From the NCBI RefSeq assembly GCF_009914755.1, contig NC_060926.1: DNA of 64,000 bases. The stretch is one strand, 5' to 3'. The notes beneath the pieces were generated by a model. That model made no database searches. It was not told the origin of the DNA and was given only the letters and a program-made list of their open reading frames with translations. This DNA is from the human T2T-CHM13v2.0 reference genome, Homo sapiens. Of the stretch, positions 52,855 to 64,000 are shown piece by piece. Made by a program: the position numbers and the translations under genes. The number at the start of each line of letters is the position of its first letter. The stretch's first letter is position 1.

Positions 52855-53804
52855 GGCAGTCAAGAATTAAAATCTGCTTGGAGGAGCACCAACATACCCA
52901 TTTTAAAAACCTTATTATGTGAAATGGCTACAGTTATTTAAACTCAAGAAGAACATGGAACAAGAAAGAGAAATAAAGTCAGTGAGATGAATGGACTAAA
53001 ATAACCTAGCAGTTAATGGAATAAATAGGAATGAAGCCCCTTTTCCAGTGTTAGGGTCAGCCTGGGATTTATCAAGGCTCTAAACAAAAGGAATTGATCA
53101 TGAGAGGTTAGCAGAGACATACGGGAAGCACTGCGAGAGTATTCAGCACTAGTTGGAGATTTGAATTCTAACTTTAAAATTCTGAGACTTTTGATCTATT
53201 AATTTATCCATTTTCATTGTTCTTTTGCTTTGACTATAAAGAAACAAAATAAGGCACAATCAAGTGAAATCTCTTGTCCAAGGTTCATTCATTTAAGACA
53301 TGTTAAGGTATGAGAGAATTTGAAGACATAGGAGTTCCTGCTCACAAGGACATAGAATGTGGTAGGAATGATGTTCAGAAAATCCAAGCAGTGAAAACCT
53401 GGGTTTGAAAAGACATTGGGTAAATAACTGTTATAAGATTGAATGAATGGGTGGATGTATTGATGGATGGACAGATGGATGGGTGAATGAATGAATAATA
53501 CAGTGGTTGTTACAGAGGTTCACAGAAGGCTTGGGTCCTAAAGTGGCAGCCTCTGGCCAGGTTGAACCTATTTGACCATAGGCATTGACCATTCTCTGAC
53601 AAACTGGTAGCACCCTGTGCCTGATGGCTCCACTATGAGCACCAGATAAATATAGACAATACTGTATCTGCCTTTGCTTTCCTAACAGCACAGCCTCAGC
53701 TCCAGAAATCAGGACCCTGACTGTCCCATTGACTCTTGGTGAACATTCTGAGCTCCATTCTATTCCCCTTGTCATTACTAGGGGCCTGTTTAATTTACCG
53801 ATTT

Positions 53805-54530
53805 ATTCACTTATTTATTCAAGAAATATTAAGTGCTTACTATATGCCAGGCACTGTTCTACCCTCCGAGGATACATTAGAAAGCAAATGTGCTTCAGCT
53901 TCTGCTGAGTACAGACAGAAAATAAACCAACAAACAAAGTAAGTACCTCAGTAGTAAGCACTATGCACAAAAGGCAGGAGAGAGGGATAGAGTAGGGTGA
54001 AGCTGAGAGCGCAAGGTTTAAAGGTGTGGCTGGGGAAGATTCCACAGGAAGGAGACCTTTGAGCAGAGATCTGAAGGAATTGGCAGAGAGGCCCATGCAG
54101 CTACCTGGAGGGAAGGTGCTCCAGCCAGAGGGAGGAGCAAGGTTCTGAGGTGGGAGTGTGCCTGGGATGATGGGGAAAGCAGTCGGTGGACCATCACATC
54201 AGGACCAAGGGAGTGACGGAGGAGGAGGACATGATGAAGAGGGAAGAGGGGAAGGACAGACCCGTGTAGGACCCTGGAGGCCCTAGGAAGGATGTGAGCT
54301 TTTACCTTCAGCCATTAAGTCTTGATAGGATTGCTCTGGCTGCTGGATTGAGATACTGAGAAGTGGGGGAGGCCCAAGCAGAAGCAAGGAAGCCAGGTAG
54401 GTAATAATTCAAGTAACAGAGGATGGTGGCTTGGCCCAGGTGTTTGTGGCAGAGGTGGTGAGGATATCAGCTTTTAAATACATTTGGGCAGTAGAGCCAA
54501 TAGGATTTGCAGATGGTTTGGGTGTAGGGT
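53805..54530 (-). mobile_element. L2 LINE 3' portion
   Basis: tttattcaagaaatattaagtgcttactatatgccaggcactgttcta...tttgagcagagatctgaagga...gtagagccaataggatttgcagatggtttgg. Confidence 0.8.
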
Positions 54531-55335
54531 TCACATGAAGAGACTCCTGTCAAGCACCCCTGGTATCTACTGACATTGCTGCATGGCATCTTCTGCTAAG
54601 GAACCTCCATGAACTGGTCGGCCCAGTTTGAACTGGGATTCTTCCAGCACCACCAGTCTCTCCCCTATCCTCCCCCATACCACTGTGGTTTGGATTGATG
54701 GTAACTCTGTTCCTAAGCCCTCCACTGACTCATCACCCCTTTCCCAAAGGCCAGCCCAAGCTCTAACCTATGATTCTCCATTTTTACCTCTTTCTATCTG
54801 CACTTTGGTTCCTATAGCATAGAAACTGTAGATTTTGAAGGAAGAAAATGGCCTACATGATAAGAGCAGGTCTGAGTAAGGAAAGCAATTCCAAGCCAGA
54901 GGAACTGTTAAGGGAAGGCGTTAGCCCATGTGTGGTAGCGCTGAGATGATCAGAACACCAGGGTCAGTGAAAATTAGCACCTTTCTAGTTTTCAACCCAG
55001 TCCCTGTTCCCAGATTTCAAGATATTTTAGGTCAGAACAAGATTTATACAGTTGCCATCTGAGAGCAAGAATAAATAGAAAATCTAAAGGCAGTGGCTCT
55101 TGCAAACTCATAGTCTTAGCTAGGATTGTTTAAGCAACAAAGAAAGGAATAAGGGAGAGAGAAGAAGGAACAAAAAAAGAGAGAGAAAGATTGATTGATT
55201 CTTTCCCATTAACTGTTTTATGAAAACCAGCAATAGGTTTTCTACCACATTCTATCTACACTGTTTACCTAACTTAAAAAAAAATCCAATCCATCAACCC
55301 CTATATATTACTTTATGATTTAAAGCAGGACTTTT

Positions 55336-56674
55336 ACTTTTTTACTTTAGACCCAGGGGTACATGTGCAGATTTGTTACATGGGTATATTGCATGATGCT
55401 GAGGTTTGGGCTTCTAATGATCCCACTGCCCAAGTAGCAAACATAGTACCCAATGGGTAGTTTTTCAGTCCTTTCCCTCCTCCCTCCCTCCTTCCGAATC
55501 TCCCATATTTATGTCCCTCTGTTTTTCCCATCTTTGTGTCCCTCTGTATCCAATGTTTATCTCCCACTTATAAGTGAGAATATGCAGTATTTGGCTTTCT
55601 GCTTCTGCTTTAATTTGCTTAGGACAATGGCCTCCAGCAGCACCCATGTTGCTGCAAAAACATGATTCCATTCTTTTTCATGGATGCATAGTATTCCATG
55701 GTATATGTACCACATTTTCTTTTTTTTTTTTATTTTCTTTTTTTTTAATTATACTTTAAGTTTTAGGGTACATGTGCACATTGTGCAGGTTAGTTACATA
55801 TGTATACATGTGCCATGCTGGTGCGCTGCACCCACTAACTCGTCATCTAGCATTAGGTATATCTCCCAATGCTATCCCTCCCCCCTCCCCCCACCCCACC
55901 ACAGTCCCCAGAGTGTGATATTCCCCTTCCTGTGTCCATGTGATCTCATTGTTCAATTCCCACCTATGAGTGAGAATATGCAGTGTTTGGTTTTTTGTTC
56001 TTGCGATAGTTTACTGAGAATGATGATTTCCAATTTCATCCATGTCCCTACAAAGGACATGAACTCATCATTTTTTATGGCTGCATAGTATTCCATGGTG
56101 TATATATGCCACATTTTCTTAATCCAGTCTATCATTGTTGGACATTTGGGTTGGTTCCAAGTCTTTGCTATTGTGAATAATGCCACAATAAACATACGTG
56201 TGCATGTGTCTTTATAGCAGCATGATTTATAGTCCTTTGGGTATATACCCAGTAATAGGATGGCTGGGTCAAATGGTATTTCTAGTTCTAGATCCCTGAG
56301 GAATCGCCACACTGACTTCCACAATGGTTGAACTAGTTTACAGTCCCACCAACAGTGTCAAAGTGTTCCTATTTCTCCACATCCTCTCTAGCACCTGTTG
56401 TTTCCTGACTTTTTAATGATTGCCATTCTAACTGGTGTGAGATGGTATCTCATTGTGGTTTTGATTTGCATTTCTCTGATGGCCAGTGATGATGAGCATT
56501 TTTTCATGTGTTTTTTGGCTGCATAAATGTCTTCTTTTGAGAAGTGTCTGTTCATGTCCTTCGCCCACTTTTTGATGGGGTTGTTTGTTTTTTTCTTGTA
56601 AATCTGTTTGAGTAACCAATCCACCATTGATAGGTACCTGGGTTGATTTCATGTCTTTGCTATTGTGAATGGTG
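55336..56674 (-). mobile_element. Old primate L1 3' fragment (L1PA16-like), split by L1PA2
   Basis: gggtacatgtgcagatttgttacatgggtatattgcatgatgctgaggtttggg... resumes at 56614 (aaccaatccaccattgat...). 15-bp TSD TAAAGCAG(G/A)ACTTTT at 55321-55335 and 56675-56689. Confidence 0.85.
55722..56613 (-). mobile_element. L1PA2, 5'-truncated (about 0.9 kb: ORF2 C-terminus, 3'UTR, poly(A))
   Basis: L1PA2-type 3'UTR (cacattgtg, gtgcgctg, ccaccacag, tgtgatatt, gtgatctc) with GAG rather than the ACA/ACG of L1HS. ORFs 55953..56324 and 56388..56627 translate to the ORF2p C-terminus, broken by a TGG>TAG change. Confidence 0.92.
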
Positions 56675-57539
56675 TAAAGCAGAACTTTTTCACAGCAGCA
56701 ATTAAGAAGAAATCCTCTCAGGAAATGAGACTAAGCATGTTAAGTCTAACCAAACAATTTTTTAGTATTAAAAAAACACACCGCATAAGTGCTTTCCAAC
56801 ACAATTGATGCAATAGATCCTGACTTCCTGCTTTTCAGAGTCATGATCAGGATTTCCAGACACAGAAATGTTGGGGGCTGTGTGTGCACATGTTGTTGTT
56901 TTAAAGGATTTAATACTATAATTCTCACATGTGGAAATTTTCCACTGACTTTAGTTTTACTAGTATGAGCCACCAAATCCACAAAAATTGTACTAGGGCA
57001 ATTTGGAGGCATACTTCCAACCTCCTAGTGGAGTAAATTATAAGATGTGATGAAGTAGTTATTTTCTAGGGCTTGTTGTGTTTTTATTCCTCCCACAGAC
57101 AAACCATCTCAAATTAAATAGATTCCACACGGTCCTAAGGAGGCTTCTCATGTTGTATTTTGTATATTCGGCCATAGTGTCGCAACAGATGTTAAAGGGC
57201 CAGCCGCAGGGTATTTTAGTGATAGGATGTGAATGGGAAGTGGAGAACTTGAGGGCCTTACCCTGAAGAGATTTTGATAGAGGGAAGTGAGTGGTGGGGG
57301 AGCACCAATTTCAGCCCCTTAAGAAGGGGCTCTGCATCTCTGGGGTCTTCCAGTTGCCTAATGTAGTAGGTTCTCCAAAATGCTGGATCCCTTGAACCTA
57401 TCCACTCCCATCCCCCCTTAATTATGAAAATAATATTTTCAAACAGCTACTCTGATGATGGACTACTCCACCAGATGTAACTCTTCACCTATGTCCCTGA
57501 TGATGATCTCTTAGCTGTTTGTTTGTTTTTTTCTCCCAG

Positions 57540-58050
57540 CAGAAACTGAAGGGGCCAGATTCACTGTCAACTAGAGTAGTTGGCACTGCCCCTGTTATTT
57601 TGAATTTGTACAACTGGAGACTTGGAACTCAGAACCTTTGAGACTGCATCTGAACAGCATCTCCATGCATGGCCAATGTAGCCATTGGCAACAGCAGCCA
57701 CAGTGTGTAGGACCCACGAAAGTCACACTGTGATCTTGTCTCCACCTGCCTCCCTTTGCTGGCCTTCATTCACGAGCAAAAGATAGTATCCCTGATGCCC
57801 AAGTCTCCCTTCCTTCCACTGTGTATAATTCGGAAGCTACAGGAGTAGAGTGGTCCAGCGTAGCTCCTTCAAAGACAGGGAGCCACCCTCTGTACAGCTC
57901 TGTTCCTGACCCTCACTTTACACGGGCTGATCAGAAACACATAGTGCCGGTCGGCTTTGGGGGTGCAAGCCCACGCACAATCTTTTGCTAGGAACTGCCC
58001 CTGCCTAGGGTAACTGCCAGAGGGCCAGTTCTAGATGTCCACGTTTGGGC
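57540..58050 (+). ncRNA. Candidate downstream or terminal exon of the second lncRNA (3' end uncertain)
   Basis: Strong acceptor tgtttgtttgttttttctcccag|cag (NAGNAG) followed by unique sequence. Confidence 0.3.
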
Positions 58051-58656
58051 CAAAATGAGAATACAGATAACTTGTTCAAACCTAAAGTCTGGTTAACCTG
58101 ACCACAGAATTTAATAGGTTCCATATTCTTTTAACATACCTCTGGCTTGAAATTATAACTGAAGCCAGGAGTTACAAGCTTCAGTGAGCAGATTAATGAG
58201 AAACTTTGAACTCTCGGGAGACAGTCAACACTGGTTGTTTGACTAGACAAATCTTTCTGTTAGAAATTTCCTTAATAGATAGTTAAGAAAATTATTACTG
58301 AATATTTACATACCAGTTAACAATATCTAAGTTGAATTAATCCCTTGTTTATATCTTAAAGTTGAGCTTCTAAGCCTGCTTCTTATGGGTAAGAGATTTC
58401 TTATGACATTAAAAGTGTATTTTAATCGTTCTAAGAACTTTTGTCTTATAACCTTGAAACTATAAGTGTTCTTTATGGAAAATGAAATATTTTAAAGTGC
58501 ATTACAGGAATTTGTTACTGAACCTTGTGAGTTTTAGTAGAAAACAGCCTGTGTTGACTTGTTCTATGTTTGTTGTAGAATGTTGATATAAACAACCAAT
58601 CTTGTGATAGTTAACTCAGTATTAGTTCACTGCTCTACATCTAATCTACTCAACCA

Positions 58657-58666
58657 CCATAAAAGG
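58657..58666. promoter_or_regulatory. Consensus CArG box CCATAAAAGG
   Basis: Exact CC(A/T)6GG match. Function untested. Confidence 0.3.
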
Positions 58667-59249
58667 GCTGTGCACTGTCTCTTAAAATTAAGAACATAGC
58701 TAAAGGCATTCCTGCTCATAAAGATTTATTTTACAAGTATAATTAAAGTGATGATAACAATGAATCTTTTAAACACAATGAGAACTTATTTGCCATATTA
58801 GTAACAAGATTCTAGGGATTCCACTGTTTTCAGTTCAGAAAATGATGTCCTCTACATTTAGTTTTTAAACAAACAAGCAAGTTGAAAAATCAAAAGAAAA
58901 TCATGCAAAGGGTAATTTTCATTACAAACTAATTAAGATGAGAGTATAGGCATGTAGGACCATACATCAAAATATCTAGCACAGGTGGCATATACTAGGC
59001 GCTCAATAAATGCATGCTGAATCTGATTTGCAACAATTAAAGTTCCTTTGTACTAAAGTTAGTCCATGGCGTGAGACAGAGGTAACAGACAAAAGTCAAG
59101 ACATAATAGTATCCTCTGGGAAGTTATCTAACCCCACCTGATGCTTAAAATTCCCTCCCTCCTGCCTCCCTGAACCCCTTTCTCTTTCTGAATTGTGGAT
59201 TACCAGTTCACAGGCATTCCCTACATTCCCCCTTCCCAAATCGGCATAC

Positions 59250-59707
59250 CTGCAATATAGACCCCAGAGCTGCGCCCAGCTTCCTTTTCAAGGAATGACT
59301 TGATGTGGGAGTGCAGGTAGTGGACCTCCTCCAGCCTTCAGCTATTTCAGGCCCTGCCCTGGCTGCAGAGACATTCTCCACCTGAGGTCACACTCTTGCC
59401 TTCAGCTATTTCAGGCCATGTCCTGGCTGCAGAGAGACATTCTCCACCTGAGGTCACACTCTTCCCGGGATAGCCCACAACCTTGACTGAGGGAGATGCC
59501 CACAGGGAAACCAGGTGGATGGGCAATATTCAATCTGGCATTCCCGACCAGCTTGGCCAAGGCCTTTTCAGGCTCGTATCACAGGTCAGCTTTCTCCCTT
59601 CCCCAATCCTGGTTTTGTTTTCTTCCCTTCTCAGGTGTTGATCTGATGAGCCTCTCGCTTTGGAAACTCGGGCTCAGCATCTGCTCTGAAGAGACAATCT
59701 GAGACAG
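59250..59707 (+). mobile_element. LTR16A-like ERVL solo LTR with an internal 64-bp tandem duplication
   Basis: gctgcgcccagcttccttttcaaggaatgacttg...gaggtcacactcttcccggg...cccaatcctggtttt...caggtgttg...ctcagcatctgctc...atctgagaca. Confidence 0.75.
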
Positions 59708-59956
59708 CTGTTTCACATTTCAGTCTCTATGGGATTACCGCCAAATGACCAATCTGACCAATACATCCAGGTGAAGAAAGAGGAATGGCTGGAAGCTCAT
59801 TAGACTAAATCAGGGGTTCCCAGAGTTTAGCCTTTAGAAATAGAACTATTTCTTCAAATAAGGCCGTACAGCAGAATAAAGTGGCACAGTTCTATTGAAG
59901 CGTCTGAGGTAGGCCATGGAGCCTTAGAGGGATGAAAATCAATGGACCGAATAGAT

Positions 59957-60105
59957 CAGTGGTTCTCACCCCACACCAGGCATGAGAATCCACTGGGGGC
60001 ATTTGAAAAACACATATGTCTGAGTCTCACCCCATTGATTCAGTTTCAACATTATAAAAGTCCTTCAGGTGAATCTTATAGACATCCTGCACTGAGAGCC
60101 ACTAA
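59957..60105 (+). mobile_element. MER5-family MITE
   Basis: cagtggttctcacc...gaatccactggggg...caggtgaatcttat...ctgagagccact. Confidence 0.65.
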
Positions 60106-60574
60106 AATCATGAGCTCTAAGGCCCTTCCACCTTTCACGGTTCTCTGGTTCCATAATAACACAAGATTACCCTTACTCTAGTACAATGCAAACATTTAAA
60201 AAGAGGGCCTCTACCATCCAAGGTTAGGGAATCAACTCTGGCCTTTACACTAATGGAGGGCTTTAATTTTTATTATACACGTAGCACCACTAGCTACACT
60301 CTCTTCCAGAAATCAAACAAATGAAATTACAGATGTGCTAAAGTCCCTTTGATTTCCCTCCACCCCAATATTAAAGGACTCCTCCTAATGTTCCTGGATC
60401 CCTTCTCTCCTCTGCTGCTAAATTCAGCCCCCAGATTCCCCAAAACTTAATTATAGAGCCCATATAACTGCAAGGAGATCCCACAATGGCTTTCCCTGTG
60501 ATTCCCAGGAGATTTCAGTAGGACAATTCATTGTTCTGACTTCTGTGGCTTCATTTCCTATATCTTATCGATAG

Positions 60575-60958
<384 letters not shown>

Positions 60959-61311
60959 AACTTTTCTCTACTTATTTGTAAAATTTTTTGGAATATGGTT
61001 GGTTCTCTTAATAGGTGCCCTTTTGAATACTTGCTTTTGAGTGATATTTTTTCTTAAAGTTGACAGCTAGTGTTAAGGCAGTTTGCACAGGGTTTGGGAT
61101 TATTCATGGTCAACTGGTACTCAAAGACCTTTCAACTCTTGGTCAACAGCTCTATTTAAGTGTTAGAAAAACAGGAGCACCTGATTGCCCCTTTTGCTGA
61201 GACCCTCTGAGTAAACTTTAATCCACCTAATGATCTGATCTCCAATTCGACTGCCAAACTGATGCCAACAGAATTGTGATAATAGAGTCAAGTTAAATGT
61301 CTTCAATTTTA

Positions 61312-61930
<619 letters not shown>

Positions 61931-62979
61931 GAAGAGCATTTCAAACCACAGAGGCCAATGGAAAGATATTTCCACCCCATGGGTTTTCTCCCATCTTGCA
62001 AATCTCATTCTGAAACAAGCTGTCTGATCTCTCTTTGCCTGGGCCCTGCCCATTTTTACACCTTTTGGAGACCCTAACATAGCTTAACCAGAGTACACAG
62101 GCTTGAGAAGACTTAAGAATTCTAATGAGGGGGAATAAAAGGACATAAGAAAATGAGTAGACAAGAGAGCTCTCTAATATTCTTGGCTTCTCAGCTTTCT
62201 AAAAGAAATTGTATTTATGCCATAGTTATTGACTGGAGCCATATATCTTACATGCTGATGATAGGCAAATATCCTGGGGTCTTTTGAAAAAAGGAATGTA
62301 TCAAGTACAAACTCAATTAACTGATTAAATTTTTTGATTACTAGAGAGAGATCAGACATCTCTGCATTTTTCAATCTTAGTTATTGAAAGTACTTTCAAA
62401 TATACATTAATCAACTTTCCTGCTTTGGTAAGTACAATATCCTGAACCTCACTGACTATTTCTTCACAGGTTTAAAATCTTAAAATCCTGAGGGTCATAA
62501 TTTGAACATCAATCTCATCATACCTGACATTAATATGGCAAGTGTCCCTGGCACATTTTGCCTTACAGTAGACTCTAAACTTCTTAAAGGCAAGAACCAC
62601 ATTCAAATTCTGATTCTACCAGGTGTCATGTTTGTGATATTCAGTGAGAGTGTCTAATTCTCAGTTTCCCCACCTAAGAACAGGAAGAGACAGCCTACCC
62701 CTCAGGTTGTTGGAAGAATACAAATTCCTAACATATAGTGAATAACACACAGTAGGACTTGGTGAATGTTCTTTCCTTCCTCCTTAATAATTTTTTCTTG
62801 AATCAAATTTAAATGAGTGGAGGAGGTGAGAATACATTTGTTCTAATACTAGGGCATAAAGAAAAAAAACCATGCCTCACTATATTTTGCTTTACAAATT
62901 GCATTTCTCATCAGAAAGTGGGGTGACAGAGAATTCCAGCACACTGAGATTTCTAATTATTTGGTTCCAATTAGTAATT

Positions 62980-63530
62980 GGGCATACACTTGACAACATG
63001 TATCACATGTCCTTTGCCCCAGCAATCCCACTCAGTCATTTATCCTAAGGAAGGAATTGAGAATGAACAAGAATGAATAAACAAGGATATTCACTGACCT
63101 GTTTTTTATAATATTAAAATATCAGAAACAACATAAATACTCATCAATAGGTGAATGGTAAAACATATTTCACATCAACCATACATCAGAATAATACAAA
63201 ACCATTAGAAATTATAATTAGCTTTTTATTTATAGAGTTATAATGTGTCAATAAAATATTGTTAAGAGGACAAAGCACATTACAAGAGTATATATAAATT
63301 CGGTATTCTAGTTTTGTCAAAATTTATGTAGGTGTATGTATGTATTTATAAAAAAAAGTCTTGAAAAATACACACCAACATGCTCATATGTTTATGTCCA
63401 AGGGGTAGGATTATGAATGATTTCCTCTTCCTTTTTAATATATTTCTTTTGACCTGAATTCCTTTACAACAAGCATATATTACTTCTATAATCAACAAAT
63501 AATAAAGCACTTTTATTTTAAGAATTAAAA
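62980..63530 (+). mobile_element. Old L1ME/L1MC 3' fragment
   Basis: cctttgccccagcaatcccactc...tttatcctaagga...aaggatattcactg...aaatactcatcaataggtgaatggt...ggtaggattatgaatgattt. Confidence 0.7.
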
Positions 63531-63665
63531 TTTTTTTGTTGCAAAAAATGCCAATCAACAATTCTGTACTACAAAATCCTGAAAAACCCAAGTTTTATGG
63601 ACCTTTTCTCATTGATTCTCAAACAGAAGGGAGAAGTCTCATTATTGCTGTTTATAGATCGAAGT

Positions 63666-63902
63666 CACGCTTTCTAAACCTTGGCACTACTGGCATTTTT
63701 GGCTGGGTAATTCTTCGTTGTGGGGCATTGTCCCATGCACTATAAGATGTTTTGCAGCAGCTCTGACTCTTACTCACTAGAAGCCAGTAACACACACCCT
63801 TTCCCCAAGTTGTGACATCCAAAAATGTCTCTAAACATTGTCAAATGTCCCTGGTGTTCAGGGGGAGGAGGAGGGAGGAAATTGCCCAGTTGAAAACCAC
63901 TG
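63666..63902 (+). mobile_element. MER20 hAT-Charlie MITE
   Basis: aaccttggcactactggcatttttggctgggtaattctt...agttgtgacatccaaaaatgtctctaaacattgtcaaatgtccc...gttgaaaaccactg. Confidence 0.9.
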
Positions 63903-64000
63903 TTCTAAGAAAACTGGAGGGCTGGAATTAAAACTCACGTTTACCACTCATTGGGTGATTCGACCTCTCTGTGTTCCAGTTCCTCATCAACAGAATGACT

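Noticed and set aside
55953-56627. ORFs with real protein similarity (L1 ORF2p C-terminus)
   Set aside because: They belong to a 5'-truncated L1PA2 with a nonsense mutation and no promoter, so they are not a functional CDS.
59334-59463. Direct repeats considered as a CRISPR-like array (also 3627-3670)
   Set aside because: Only two adjacent units in eukaryotic DNA, with no array of unique spacers and no cas genes.

Overview
Human (or great-ape) intergenic DNA with no credible protein-coding gene. A MER53 hairpin at 51474-51623 (-) carries the exact mature miR-1302 sequence and matches, from memory, the MIR1302-4 precursor, which would place the window at 2q33.3 between KLF7 and CREB1. A TATA/CArG-associated, three-exon + strand unit at about 22.0-28.1 kb fits the smooth-muscle lncRNA MYOSLID. 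These locus assignments are recalled, not searched. The rest is a mosaic of Alu, L1, L2, MIR, MaLR/ERVL solo LTRs and DNA-transposon fossils, plus repeat-poor enhancer-like stretches rich in AP-1/ARE motifs. Notable items: a BC200 retrocopy with a perfect 16-bp TSD, an L1PA2 nested without a TSD inside an older L1, an LTR16C-derived lncRNA terminal exon, an intronic CArG box, an NRF2/BACH-type ARE in the lncRNA promoter, and several perfect palindromes. I found no evidence of a wholly new biological system. Boundaries and subfamily calls for old repeats are approximate.
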